From Candidatus Kaiserbacteria bacterium (GTDB lineage Bacteria > Patescibacteriota > Minisyncoccia > Phycocordibacterales > UBA2100), in contig JACPLD010000003.1 of the NCBI GenBank assembly GCA_016186765.1, forward strand, positions 6,121 through 70,120: a stretch of DNA of 64,000 nt, given 5' to 3'. Shown here in pieces: positions 28,143 through 38,297 of this stretch. The notes beneath the pieces are model-generated. The model was not told the origin of the DNA. It did not search any database and was given only the letters and a program-made list of their open reading frames with translations. Position numbers and translations under genes: made by a program. Every line of letters begins with the position of its first letter. Within the stretch, counting starts at the first letter, position 1.

Positions 28143-30419
28143 ATGGAGCCCTCAAAGGCGCCCGAGATATTCCTCAAACCGTACGACCCTGCCATGCAGG
28201 AGCCTCGCGTATTGGCGTTGTGGGAGAAGGGCGGCTACGGGAATCCCGATGTATGCGTTGAGAAGGGGGTAACGAAAACGGACGCTCCAAGCTATTCTAT
28301 CGTTCTCCCTCCACCAAATGTTACGGGGACGCTCCATATGGGACACGCAGCAATGCTCGCGATTCAGGACATTCTGATTCGCTACCACCGCATGAAAGGA
28401 CTGAGAACGCTGTGGCTCCCCGGCACCGACCATGCTGCTATCGCGACGCAATCGGTTGTCGAAAAAGAATTGCAGAAAAAGGAAAAGAAAACTCGGCATG
28501 ATCTCGGCCGTGAGGAATTTCTGAAGCGAGTGGAGGATTTTGCGCAAATGAGCCACGATACTATCGTCGGTCAGATCAAGGCGATGGGGGCATCGGTGGA
28601 TTGGAGCCGCGAAGCGTACACGCTCGATGAGACGCGCAGCCGCGCTGTGCAGGAAGCATTCAAGCGGATGTACGATGCTGGCCTTATTTACCGAGGCAAT
28701 CGCATCGTGAATTGGGATCCCAAAGGACAGACGACAGTTTCTGACGATGAGGTCACCTACGAAGAAACAACAGGGGTGCTCTATACATTCCGCTACAGCA
28801 AGGATTTTCCGGTCGCAATAGCAACGACGCGACCGGAGACAAAAGTCGGTGATACGGCTGTTGCCGTTCATCCTAATGACAAACGGTACAAAGAATTCAT
28901 TGGGCAAAAATTTGACGTGGAGTTTGCAGGCGCAAAACTCGCACTGAAGATTATTGCTGACACTGCCGTCGATCCCGAATTCGGCACAGGCGCTGTCGGT
29001 GTCACGCCCGCGCATAGCTTTACCGATTGGGAGATCGCACAGCGACATGAGCTTCCTCTCGTGCAAGTGATCGACGAGCATGCTCGGATGACAGAGGCCG
29101 CAGGCGAGCTCGTCGCGGGCAAAAAAGCGAGTGAGGCACGCGAACGTATTGTGTCGTGGCTAAAGGAAAACGATCTCCTCGATAAAGAAGAGCAGACGCC
29201 GATGAATATCGCGAAGGCCGATCGCTCCGGTGGCACGATCGAGCCACTGCCCAAGCTCCAGTGGTGGGTAGCTGTCGACAAGGAAGTGCAATTCCCCAAT
29301 GGGAAGACTATGACTCTTAAGGAATGGATGAAAGACGTGGTCTCGTCGGGGCAGATCAAAATCGTTCCCGAGCGCTTCGAAAAGATTTACTACAACTGGA
29401 TAGACAACCTGCGCCCCTGGTGCATCTCACGGCAGATCTGGTATGGACACCGCATACCTGTTTGGTACCACGAGCCAAAGTGCATTCCGATCCCGGGTCG
29501 TGAGAGCGACATCGAGAAATGTATTCCCATTATCGTCTCAGCCGAGAGACCCGAATGTAAGTTCTGCGCTGCGCAATATCACCAAGACCTCGATACGCTC
29601 GACACATGGTTTTCATCGGGGCTTTGGACTTTCTCGACGCTTGGGTGGCCTGAAAAGACAAGGGATCTTGAGATGTATCATCCGACGGACGTGCTCGAGA
29701 CTGGGTATGACATCCTCTTTTTCTGGGTCGCGCGGATGATACTCATGACAGGATTTTTGCTCGCGGATATTCCGTTCAGGAACGTCTATTTACACGGCCT
29801 TGTGCGCGACGAGAAAGGACGGAAAATGAGTAAGTCGCTCGGAAACATCATCGATCCTCTGGTGATGATCCAAAAGTATGGGGCTGACGCCGCTCGTCTC
29901 TCGCTCATCATCGGCGCCTCGCCCGGCAACGATGTGAAGCTCTCTGAGCCACGTGTCGCGGGATACAAAAATTTCGCTAATAAGATTTGGAATATTACTC
30001 GCTTCGTTCTTGAGAACTTCGATGTAAATGCATTGAGCGCTAAACTAAACAAAAACGACGAAGTGCTACTAGAGGAAGCAAAGAATATTGCACGAGAGGT
30101 CACAAAAAATATTGAAGAATTCAGGCTCGATTTAGCTGCTAACTCTATCTACCACTTCGTCTGGGACCGATTTGCAGCGGAGATTATTGAAGAATCTAAG
30201 CCAATTTTTAAAGCGGACGACGGCAGCCCTTCGAGTCCCTCAGGGCAAGCAGCCGCCTCTCGCCGCTATACCCTATACTCCATACTCTATGCTTCCCTGA
30301 AGCTCCTCCATCCCTTCATGCCCTTTGTGACCGAGGCGATATGGCGGGAGCTTCCACAGAAAGAAGCCGAACTCCTCATGGTCGCGCGATGGCCGCAGTA
30401 CAATAGTAGGAATGTCTGA
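28143..30419 (+). CDS. valS: Valine-tRNA ligase (lacks the C-terminal coiled coil)
   Basis: PPPNVTG.LHMGH, WCISRQ, DTWFSS, KMSKS. Confidence 0.98.
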   Translation: MEPSKAPEIFLKPYDPAMQEPRVLALWEKGGYGNPDVCVEKGVTKTDAPSYSIVLPPPNVTGTLHMGHAAMLAIQDILIRYHRMKGLRTLWLPGTDHAAIATQSVVEKELQKKEKKTRHDLGREEFLKRVEDFAQMSHDTIVGQIKAMGASVDWSREAYTLDETRSRAVQEAFKRMYDAGLIYRGNRIVNWDPKGQTTVSDDEVTYEETTGVLYTFRYSKDFPVAIATTRPETKVGDTAVAVHPNDKRYKEFIGQKFDVEFAGAKLALKIIADTAVDPEFGTGAVGVTPAHSFTDWEIAQRHELPLVQVIDEHARMTEAAGELVAGKKASEARERIVSWLKENDLLDKEEQTPMNIAKADRSGGTIEPLPKLQWWVAVDKEVQFPNGKTMTLKEWMKDVVSSGQIKIVPERFEKIYYNWIDNLRPWCISRQIWYGHRIPVWYHEPKCIPIPGRESDIEKCIPIIVSAERPECKFCAAQYHQDLDTLDTWFSSGLWTFSTLGWPEKTRDLEMYHPTDVLETGYDILFFWVARMILMTGFLLADIPFRNVYLHGLVRDEKGRKMSKSLGNIIDPLVMIQKYGADAARLSLIIGASPGNDVKLSEPRVAGYKNFANKIWNITRFVLENFDVNALSAKLNKNDEVLLEEAKNIAREVTKNIEEFRLDLAANSIYHFVWDRFAAEIIEESKPIFKADDGSPSSPSGQAAASRRYTLYSILYASLKLLHPFMPFVTEAIWRELPQKEAELLMVARWPQYNSRNV
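30227..30293. mobile_element. Miniature element plus heptamer array in frame in valS
   Basis: CCCTTCGAGTCCCTCAGGGCAAG (30227-30249) and CTATACC CTATACT CCATACT CTATGCT (30266-30293). Confidence 0.7.
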
Positions 30420-30972
30420 AGAAAGGATACCGGTGTCGTCTCAAAGGCTCAGCGAGGGTGACATTTTAAAGATCCTCTCGGAAGAAGGCGTACATATCGA
30501 ATCGCCCCCGATAGCCGAGTACACTCGCGGAGAGATCGAGCATGACGGCCTTGAAGGGCTTGATGAGCACGCTGTCCGTTTTCTCGACTCCGTCGAGGGA
30601 GTGTGCGAATCCTACCTCTCGGGCCCACTCATTCGCGACTCGTTCGCGACTCACCCGGAGCGCAGAGCATGGCGCAACGAGATTGAGACTAAGTATGGTC
30701 GTGCCGTAACCGACGTTCTGAATAGAAACAGACTGAGGCTGAACAATATTGGAGCACTGCATTCCTACTTTACGCACATTGGCATGATCCTCGGTACGAG
30801 AAGGGATCGTACACCGAAAATGAACGCTATTCTGGAGGTTTCTAAGCTCACCCCCGATATCTCACGCTACGATGACATGAGCGTTGCGGAAAAGGCTGCC
30901 GTCGTATCACAATTCGATGAGATAGCAAAAAAATACCTACGAATCGTGCATAACGACGAGACACATGAATGA
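30412..30972 (+). CDS. Hypothetical protein
   Basis: 186-aa ORF overlapping both neighbours by 8 nt. Confidence 0.65.
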   Translation: MSEERIPVSSQRLSEGDILKILSEEGVHIESPPIAEYTRGEIEHDGLEGLDEHAVRFLDSVEGVCESYLSGPLIRDSFATHPERRAWRNEIETKYGRAVTDVLNRNRLRLNNIGALHSYFTHIGMILGTRRDRTPKMNAILEVSKLTPDISRYDDMSVAEKAAVVSQFDEIAKKYLRIVHNDETHE

Positions 30973-31675
30973 AGTCGCTCCATTCCTCGGTGCAATCGCG
31001 GGAGGGATGTTCCCCGCCCTCGCGTGGCTGTGGTTTTGGCAGCGGGAGGATGCGCCGCATCCAGAACCACGAAAGCTCATCGCACTCGCCTTTTTTGCCG
31101 GCATGGTCACGGTCGCTATCGTCATTCCAATTCAGAAGCTCGCCGCCACCTTTCTCATATCACAAACCGCTATTTTTATCGCCTGGTCGGCAATCGAAGA
31201 AGTGATGAAGTACTTCGCCGCGCGCATCACGGTCTTATGGCGCCGCGACGACGACGAACCGATCGACCCCGTGATCTATATGGTCACGGTTGCCTTAGGC
31301 TTCGCAGCCCTCGAAAACACGCTCTTCCTCCTCTCGCCGCTTTCGGGAGAGACCTTCGTTCAAACGATACTCACTGGAAATCTCCGCTTTGTCGGAGCTA
31401 CCCTCCTCCACGTGCTCTCATCAGCCGTGATCGGTGTTGCTCTCGCGCTCTCGTTCTACAAGCCGAAACGCGTAAAGCGTCTCTACGCGCTCATGGGAGT
31501 TATCCTCGCCGTCGCTTTGCACTCACTCTTCAATCTTCTTATACTCAATACGGCGGAAGAACACATCCTGCGCACGTTCGGGCTCGTATGGCTTGGGCTC
31601 GTTGTACTTCTCGCCGTGCTAGAATACGTAAAAAGGATCCATCCTATGATCAAACGTAAATTCGCAAGATTATAA
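30965..31675 (+). CDS. PrsW-family intramembrane metalloprotease
   Basis: EP, EEVMK, GFAALEN, H and LHSLFN motifs. Confidence 0.92.
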   Translation: MNEVAPFLGAIAGGMFPALAWLWFWQREDAPHPEPRKLIALAFFAGMVTVAIVIPIQKLAATFLISQTAIFIAWSAIEEVMKYFAARITVLWRRDDDEPIDPVIYMVTVALGFAALENTLFLLSPLSGETFVQTILTGNLRFVGATLLHVLSSAVIGVALALSFYKPKRVKRLYALMGVILAVALHSLFNLLILNTAEEHILRTFGLVWLGLVVLLAVLEYVKRIHPMIKRKFARL

Positions 31676-31679
31676 AACC

Positions 31680-32162
31680 ATGGCCAAAGGCTTTCTCTCA
31701 AAACTCACCGGCGGGGGCGACGACTACGACAACTTTTTTGACGATCCGAAAGCCACGCGCGCTGTTTTTGAGGGAGAAGGCGGAGAACGCCACGCACATC
31801 TTGTCCCGCGCGAGCCAGGGGAGGACGAACCGGCGGGAGAACTCGCAGTCGACGTCTACCAAACACCCGATGCGATTGTGGTGAAGGCACTCATCGCGGG
31901 AGTGCACCCCAATTCCATTGATATTTCGCTGACGCGCGAGATGCTTACGATCTCGGGGAGCCGCGAAGACGAGCGCGAAGTGGACGAAGAGCACTACTTT
32001 CAGCGTGAGCTCTACTGGGGTTCGTTTTCGCGCACGATCCTCCTTCCAGAAGAGGTCGACGTCGACATGGCAGAAGCTTCCGAGCGCCACGGCGTACTCA
32101 TGATCCGCCTTCCAAAAATCAACAAAAAGCGGCAAACGAAGTTGAAGGTGCGCAGCCGATAG
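31680..32162 (+). CDS. Hsp20/alpha-crystallin small heat shock protein
   Basis: VDVYQT, ELYWGSFSR.I.LP, GVL.I.LPK. Confidence 0.93.
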   Translation: MAKGFLSKLTGGGDDYDNFFDDPKATRAVFEGEGGERHAHLVPREPGEDEPAGELAVDVYQTPDAIVVKALIAGVHPNSIDISLTREMLTISGSREDEREVDEEHYFQRELYWGSFSRTILLPEEVDVDMAEASERHGVLMIRLPKINKKRQTKLKVRSR

Positions 32163-32179
32163 GATATACTCCACCGATC

Positions 32180-32896
32180 ATGCCCGACACGCAGAGCGCC
32201 CTTCAAAAGTATTTGGTCCCAATCGCAATCGTGGTTGCGGGCGCTCTTATCGCGGGGGCAGTGTACTTCTCAAACAGCGGAGGCTCCGGCGCGCCCGATG
32301 ACGGACTTCCGACAGTCAACGTCGAGGACGTCAACATTCAGGCGGACGATCCCGTGCTTGGTGAGGAGAATGCGCCAGTCACGCTTGCGTATTGGTTCGA
32401 CTATCAATGCCCATTCTGCAAGGCCCTCGACGTCGGCGGCGTTCCCCAGATTCCTATCGATCCGTCTCTGCCTACTCTCATCAAAGAGTACGTCGAGACA
32501 GGCAAGCTCAAGATCGTTTTCAAAGACTACGCCTTCCTCGGCGAAGACTCTCTCACGGCCGCGCTGTATAAGCACGCGATATGGGAACTCTACCCCGACA
32601 AATTCTACGAATGGCATGAAGCAATGTTTACGGCGCAGGACGAGGAGAACGGCGGGTTCGGTGATGAAGATTCCATCCTCGACCTCATTCGTACAATTCC
32701 TGGACTCGACGCAAATGCGCTCAAGGCCAAGGTCTCGGAGAAACGCGATGAGTATCTTGCTCTCATCGAGGAAGACCGCGCTGAGGGCGCTTCCTTCGGC
32801 GTCCAAGGAACGCCGGCCGTGATCACAGGCACGACCCTCATCCCAGGAGCCGACGATTTACGTACGTTCAAAGCCGCAATCGAAGCACAACTTTAA
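32180..32896 (+). CDS. DsbA-family thioredoxin-fold protein
   Basis: N-terminal TM, DYQCPFC, GTP. Confidence 0.92.
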   Translation: MPDTQSALQKYLVPIAIVVAGALIAGAVYFSNSGGSGAPDDGLPTVNVEDVNIQADDPVLGEENAPVTLAYWFDYQCPFCKALDVGGVPQIPIDPSLPTLIKEYVETGKLKIVFKDYAFLGEDSLTAALYKHAIWELYPDKFYEWHEAMFTAQDEENGGFGDEDSILDLIRTIPGLDANALKAKVSEKRDEYLALIEEDRAEGASFGVQGTPAVITGTTLIPGADDLRTFKAAIEAQL

Positions 32897-33717
32897 TCGC
32901 TCGTAAGTCCAAGGCGGTAGAGATTGAACGAATCGTCTCCTTCGAACATATCGGAAGGGTTCGGGAGATACGTGCGAGGGCGGGATATCTCCGCTGTCGC
33001 ATCCGTAATGAGCCGATGGAAAAGCGCGAAATCTTCCTTGCACTCCGCATACTCGATGACGTAGCGGCGTACTTGTGATGAGCCGTCGCTATTCTTTCTT
33101 TTTTTGCATTCGTAGAGAATGAAGCGGTGCACTGGTTTTTTATACAGCTCGCGGACAACGTAGTAGTTGAAAATCGCCTGGATCACAAAGAGGGGCTTCT
33201 CTTTGCGGAGCATGCTGAACGCATCGACGAACTTATGATCGACAATATCGATAGCTTGACGGTCGCGCTTCGAGCGGACGACGAGGTCGGACACTGCCTT
33301 CAAGGGGAGCGGCAAGCCTTCGACCTCTGCGGTCCCCTTCACTTCAACGCCCAGGACGTTGTGACGAGGCGGCCGCTCGAGATAGAAAGAAACTGCCTGC
33401 AGATACTCCCGCTCCATCAGCTGCCGCTTGAGTTTCTTCGCACGAGCCGAGCGGGCCTTGCCGAAATGTATCTCAAAATCGGATACGTTGCGAAGGTATT
33501 CCAGCCCAAGCTGTATGGCGCCGTCCTTGCCGATCCCCCCATAGAAATTCTGCAGCGCCACGTGAGCAGCGCGGCCGACAACAGACGATGGCGAAGCTGG
33601 AATATCATACACCCCCTCAACATAGCGCTTATACCACGCAAGGGGGTTGCGCAGGAACGTGACGAGCGAGGAATGACTCCAATGCTTGATGGGAAGTGGT
33701 GAATGTGCGTTCGACAT
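32893..33717 (-). CDS. PD-(D/E)XK nuclease-family protein
   Basis: WSHSS..F...P, G.AAH, E, SDLV, IVDHK. Confidence 0.75.
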   Translation of the reverse strand: MSNAHSPLPIKHWSHSSLVTFLRNPLAWYKRYVEGVYDIPASPSSVVGRAAHVALQNFYGGIGKDGAIQLGLEYLRNVSDFEIHFGKARSARAKKLKRQLMEREYLQAVSFYLERPPRHNVLGVEVKGTAEVEGLPLPLKAVSDLVVRSKRDRQAIDIVDHKFVDAFSMLRKEKPLFVIQAIFNYYVVRELYKKPVHRFILYECKKRKNSDGSSQVRRYVIEYAECKEDFALFHRLITDATAEISRPRTYLPNPSDMFEGDDSFNLYRLGLTSD

Positions 33718-33770
33718 ACCAGCGAGTATACCCCGTTAGACAAAGCGAGCGAGCTCTGAACTTTTTACAA

Positions 33771-33932
33771 AAAAGAACGCCAGTGGTACAAAGCCCGCTA
33801 GCGTGCCGAATTCGGCGAAGTTGACAACCCTTAGAGAAGCTTAACGACCCATCCCGGATTCGCTCGAAGTTCGAGCATCGCCGGTCGGACCATTCCCTTA
33901 AACGTAAAACCCCCGAGCCTTTGGTCACGTTT
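33771..33932. ncRNA. Putative structured ncRNA (long irregular hairpin)
   Basis: The ends pair imperfectly (GTGGTACAAAG / CTTTGGTCAC); internal GCTCGAA-G-TTCGAGC and GCCGAATTCGGC palindromes; U-run at the 3' end on the - strand. Confidence 0.4.
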
Positions 33933-33934
33933 GG

Positions 33935-33963
33935 TTGACAAAGGTATAGAAACCATACATAAT
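33935..33963 (+). promoter_or_regulatory. Sigma70-type promoter
   Basis: TTGACA-17 nt-CATAAT upstream of the 33996 ORF. Confidence 0.7.
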
Positions 33964-33995
33964 GATGACCGGATCAAATACAGGTGGAGGACACA

Positions 33996-34352
33996 ATGGC
34001 GAAAATGACACACCATAAGATCTGGGCAATCGTTGGAGCACTATTCGGCCTTGCTATCGGTACCCCCCTTCTCTACATTGTGCTTGACGGATTCGGTAGC
34101 GCGCATGGATGGTGGCAGGCAGGTCCAGCCGGGCAAGCGCTTGCGGACTACATGGACCAGATCCTCAACGGCATGCTCCGGTCCGTCGGAAAGTTGTTCG
34201 AACTGACCGGACTGTCGGAAGACAATGCGAAAACGGGCGCGGCAATCACACTGCTTATCTTGTCCCTCCTAATCTTGGCCTTGCTGATGCAGAGTTGGAG
34301 TGCCAAGATCAAACGGGACATCGCTCGTTTACGAGACTTTTTCTCCGAATAG
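33996..34352 (+). CDS. Hypothetical membrane protein
   Basis: GGAGG SD, 2 TM helices, own promoter and terminator. Confidence 0.7.
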   Translation: MAKMTHHKIWAIVGALFGLAIGTPLLYIVLDGFGSAHGWWQAGPAGQALADYMDQILNGMLRSVGKLFELTGLSEDNAKTGAAITLLILSLLILALLMQSWSAKIKRDIARLRDFFSE

Positions 34353-34376
34353 CTGCTGCCACACGGTGCATACATC

Positions 34377-34414
34377 ATGCGGCTCGATCTTTGCGTCGAG
34401 CCGCATTCTCTTTT
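34377..34414 (+). terminator. Intrinsic terminator
   Basis: ATGCGGCTCGA...TCGAGCCGCAT followed by TCTCTTTT. Confidence 0.7.
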
Positions 34415-34416
34415 AT

Positions 34417-35679
34417 TTAGTAACTCCGGAGCTGCTTTGCTCTTTCATGAAATCTTATGCGCTCCAAGGCTTTTGCTTCGATTTGGCGGATGCGCTCGCG
34501 CGTGACACCGAACTCGCGACCCACTTCTTCGAGCGTGTAGCAAATGCCGTCGCCCGAGAGGCCGTTGCGCATTTCCAAGATCTTTCGCTCTTTAGGCGAG
34601 AGCTCGTCGAGGATTTCCATCATCTGCTCCGAGAGGATACGACGCGACGCATCTTGATCAGGTGCCGCGATCGCGTCGTCTGCAATGAAGCTCCCCAAGG
34701 TCGAGCGCTCGTCATCATCTTCGCCCACCGGCGATTCAAGCGAGACGGTATCCTGATTTATCTTCTGGATCGTATAAATTTTGTCTACCTCAATTCCCAT
34801 CTCGGCAGCAATTTCTTCCGGCAGCGGGTCGCGTCCCAGATGTTGGCTCAATTCGCGGACTTTTTGCTTATACTTCGCGATGGTTTCAACCATGTGCACG
34901 GGTATACGGATCGTGCGCGACTGATCGGCAAGTGCGCGTGTGATCGCCTGCCTAATCCACCACGTCGCGTAGGTTGAGAATTTGTAGCCCTTCGTGTGGT
35001 CAAATTTGTCGACAGCCTTGAAGAGACCGAGGTTCCCCTCCTGAATGAGGTCGAGGAGCGTGAGATCGGGCGAGCGATTCACGTATTTCTTTGCGATGGA
35101 AACGACCAAGCGAAGGTTGGAGCGTGCGAGGATCGAGCGAGCCTCTTCATCACTCTCAAGGATGCGCTTCGCAAGTTCTTTCTCCTGCTCGCCGGTGAGG
35201 AGAGGATACTGGCCTATCTCGCGCAAATACATTTGCACCGAGTCGTAGCTCGAATCAGCGCGACGGTGCTGGAGTTTCTTGCTCGCGAGCACGGAATCCG
35301 CCGAAGTATCCTCAAGCATGCCGCCGCCCTCCAAGACGTCGATGCCCGCCGTGCCAAATCGCTCATACATCTCATCGAGAAGGACAACATTATTCTCGAT
35401 GGTGGGAAATTCACGCAGAATTTCATCGTACGTGATGTAGCCGCGCTCCTTGCCAAGCCTGATCAGCGCTTCGACTTTCGCATTCACTTTTTGCGCAGCT
35501 TTGCCACTCAAAGTCTTCGCAGTGATCAGCTTACCCCGCTTTTCTTTGCGCGAGATTTTTCTCGTGCCTGCCTTCGGCTTCGCGCGCCTCAACGCCGCGG
35601 TGCGCTTGCCGGCCTTACCGCTTTTTAGAGTGCGTCGCGCCTTCGTTTTCTTTTTCATTGTTCTTTTGCCTTTTGTCAT
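34417..35679 (-). CDS. rpoD: Primary sigma factor
   Basis: [42 protein letters not shown]. Confidence 0.97.
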   Translation of the reverse strand: MTKGKRTMKKKTKARRTLKSGKAGKRTAALRRAKPKAGTRKISRKEKRGKLITAKTLSGKAAQKVNAKVEALIRLGKERGYITYDEILREFPTIENNVVLLDEMYERFGTAGIDVLEGGGMLEDTSADSVLASKKLQHRRADSSYDSVQMYLREIGQYPLLTGEQEKELAKRILESDEEARSILARSNLRLVVSIAKKYVNRSPDLTLLDLIQEGNLGLFKAVDKFDHTKGYKFSTYATWWIRQAITRALADQSRTIRIPVHMVETIAKYKQKVRELSQHLGRDPLPEEIAAEMGIEVDKIYTIQKINQDTVSLESPVGEDDDERSTLGSFIADDAIAAPDQDASRRILSEQMMEILDELSPKERKILEMRNGLSGDGICYTLEEVGREFGVTRERIRQIEAKALERIRFHERAKQLRSY

Positions 35680-35793
35680 AGATTTATGCAGCGTGCAGAA
35701 ATTCCTCCCCTTCCCCTTGAGGGAGACAACGCCTATGAATAAGCCTCCCGCATGTATTCACTGTGAAGACGCGAGGAGACTAAGTGGCTTACT

Positions 35794-37512
35794 CTACATC
35801 ACTTCGTGGAGCCTCGCAATTCGCCTTGTCAACACGTTACACACAGACATATGCACAGCCGTCTCCTCCTCGTCGCCGCGGTTTTCAGCCTCTTTGAGGG
35901 CACGCGTCGCCTCCATAAGCTGCCGAGAAAGACGCTCTTTGAGAAGCACGTTCAGGAGAGCCCGCGTTTCCGCCTGAAGGGCAGTGCTTCGCCCGTACAT
36001 CCACTCTGCCAAAAATCGTAATCTCTCTTGCTCCTGCTCTGGAAGCGTCCGCAAGCGCTCAAGCGTATCAGCCCCGAGTGCTTCTTCGAGTTCGCGCTCG
36101 TATGTGTCAAGGTCAAGTGAGGGTTTCGGGAGCACCTTTTGCCAGAGGAGTATCGAGTAAGCATTCCCGGCACGATCCACCGCTTCCCCCGCCGCAGAGC
36201 GACCGGCATCACGCGATTCGGTTCGTGGGATAATTTCAGGGGCATGCGGTATTTTTTCGAGTGCTTCGGCAACAGCCTGTATGGAAACGTCGAGGCGCCC
36301 TGCAATCTCACGCAGGTACTGTTCGCGCGCGATCGGACTTTGCACATCGGCCACGTAGGGCAACACAGCGCCCTCAACGTTGCGGCGAAACCAGTCGATT
36401 CCCCTTGAACGCTCTTGTAAAACGTCGAGAAGAAATGTAACGATATCTTTTGCTTCGCGAAGAGAGCGGCTCCACGCCTCTTTCCCTTCTTTCAAAATCA
36501 AATCCGCCGGATCCAATCCCCTTGGGAGCTGTGCGACTTTGACATTAAGTCCATTTTGGAGAGCCGCCCTGGCGGCCCGGCCGGCTGCCTTAATCCCCGC
36601 TTCATCCGGATCGAGTGCAATCACGAGGTTATCGGTGAGACGACGGATAATCAAGGCGTGCTCCCCTGTAAAGGCAGTTCCCGAAACCGCAACGGTATTT
36701 CCCCATCCTGCTTGATGTGAAGCCAAGAGATCCATCTGTCCTTCTACCAAGACGGCGCAATTGTGCTTCCTCATGGGGAGTTTTGCTTTGTCGAGTCCGT
36801 AGAGAATTCGCGATTTGTGAAAGAGCGGCGTCTCGGGACTGTTGAGATACTTAGGTGCTTCAGGCGACGCATCTTCTCCAAAAATGCGACCGGAGAATCC
36901 GACAACTCGCCCCGCGGAATCCGAGATCGGAAACATGATGCGATTGCGGAATTTGTCGTTCACGAGACCGTGTTCCGTCTTCTTGCCCACCCCCGCATCT
37001 AGAATTTCCTTTTCCGAGAATTTCTTTGCCTTCAGATGATCAAAGAGGTCGGTCCAGCCATTTCCCCCAAAGCCGAGCCGGAACACCTTGATGGTCGCGT
37101 TGTTCAGACCGCGCTCGTGCAGGTACTGCTCTACTTCATTATTCAGTCGGGACGCATAGAAAATCGTTGCAACCTCCATGAGCTCGAACAGGCGATCTCG
37201 CTCATCCTTTTCCCGCTTGTCGCTTCGACTGTAGACGAGAGGCACCCCTGCCTTTTCTGCAAGCACTTTGAGTGTCCCCTTGAAATCAAGTCCCTCGATC
37301 TGTTCGACGAACGAGAAGATGTCGCCACCCACGTTGCAGCCGAAGCAGTGGAAGGTGCCGCGCTCGGGCGAGACAAAAAACGACGGCGTCTTCTCCGCAT
37401 GGAAGGGACACCGGGCGCGCAAGGAGGTACCGCTCCTCTCGAGCTTCACATACTGGCTTACGACATCAACGATAGACAACCTATCCTTGATCTGCTGCAC
37501 CGTGTCGGACAT
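35794..37512 (-). CDS. dnaG: DNA primase
   Basis: CPFHAEKTPSF..CFGC, KYLNSPET, VEGQMD, DPD, DPAD. Confidence 0.97.
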   Translation of the reverse strand: MSDTVQQIKDRLSIVDVVSQYVKLERSGTSLRARCPFHAEKTPSFFVSPERGTFHCFGCNVGGDIFSFVEQIEGLDFKGTLKVLAEKAGVPLVYSRSDKREKDERDRLFELMEVATIFYASRLNNEVEQYLHERGLNNATIKVFRLGFGGNGWTDLFDHLKAKKFSEKEILDAGVGKKTEHGLVNDKFRNRIMFPISDSAGRVVGFSGRIFGEDASPEAPKYLNSPETPLFHKSRILYGLDKAKLPMRKHNCAVLVEGQMDLLASHQAGWGNTVAVSGTAFTGEHALIIRRLTDNLVIALDPDEAGIKAAGRAARAALQNGLNVKVAQLPRGLDPADLILKEGKEAWSRSLREAKDIVTFLLDVLQERSRGIDWFRRNVEGAVLPYVADVQSPIAREQYLREIAGRLDVSIQAVAEALEKIPHAPEIIPRTESRDAGRSAAGEAVDRAGNAYSILLWQKVLPKPSLDLDTYERELEEALGADTLERLRTLPEQEQERLRFLAEWMYGRSTALQAETRALLNVLLKERLSRQLMEATRALKEAENRGDEEETAVHMSVCNVLTRRIARLHEVM

Positions 37513-37540
37513 GCAGCACATTATGCCCTTTTACTCCTAC

Positions 37541-37569
37541 ATATTAGTGGTTTCGTAAACCACTAATAT
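37541..37569. repeat. REP-like palindrome, left flank of RAYT-2
   Basis: ATATTAGTGGTTT-CGT-AAACCACTAATAT, perfect 13-bp arms. Confidence 0.9.
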
Positions 37570-37580
37570 ATACTGGCGAT

Positions 37581-38243
37581 ATGGAACTCTACCACGTCCT
37601 AAATAGAGGTGTAGAAAAAAGACTAATTTTTCTAGACGAAGCAGATCGGGCTCGCTTTGTCCACGACCTTTGGGAATTCAACGATACAGAAGATGCGAAA
37701 AATGTATGGTACCGAGTCTCCCAAAATAAGGGTTTACGAAACCACTATATTGAAAAGGAAAGGATTGTAGATCTTCATGGGTGGTGTCTGATGGGGAATC
37801 ACTATCACTTGCTTATATCAGAAAAGCATGACGGAGGGCTTACGAAATTCATTCGTCGGCTCAACGTCGGATACGCCAACTACTTTAACGAACGCTATAG
37901 GCGCCAGGGTACTCTTTTCCAGGGTCGCACGAGGAAAGTTCTAATCAGCACCGACGCGCACTTCTTGCACATACTGAACTACATCCATTGCAACCCGCTC
38001 GATTTCTTAAAAAACGCAGCAGATTGGAGAGAGCACAAGATTGGTAGCGCGGCTTATGCGCTGCGCTATCTCTCTAACTATAGATGGAGCAGCTACCTCG
38101 ATTACTCGGGAGTCCGGAATTTCCCTTCGGTATTGACTACAGAGCTGTTTTCCGATGTTTTCAAGGACTACAAAAAGGAAATTTCTTCTTTTCTGCTTAC
38201 AAACGAAACAAAAAGGCTGAACGGTTATCAACTCGAATATTAG
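37581..38243 (+). mobile_element. REP-associated tyrosine transposase (RAYT, HUH/Y1) #2
   Basis: YHVLNRG, CLMGNHYHLLI, LFQGR, YIHCNP, WSSY. Confidence 0.9.
37726..37750. repeat. Internal copy of the RAYT-2 palindrome within its own ORF
   Basis: ATAAGGGTTTACGAAACCACTATAT, encoding part of NKGLRNHYI. Confidence 0.8.
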
Positions 38244-38265
38244 TGGTTTACGAAACCATTAATAT
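38237..38265. repeat. REP-like palindrome, right flank of RAYT-2 (contains its TAG stop)
   Basis: ATATTAGTGGTTT-ACG-AAACCATTAATAT. Confidence 0.9.
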
Positions 38266-38297
38266 CTGTCGGAAAAAGAGAAGGGTAGGTTGCACGC

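Noticed and set aside
32893-33717. Cas4 / CRISPR adaptation locus
   Set aside because: The four-cysteine cluster is not evident, and there is no cas1, cas2 or array.
9003-38243. IS200/IS605 elements with TnpB or an omega RNA
   Set aside because: Both Y1 genes are longer RAYT-type proteins (YIHxNP, SS motifs), and no tnpB or iscB is adjacent.
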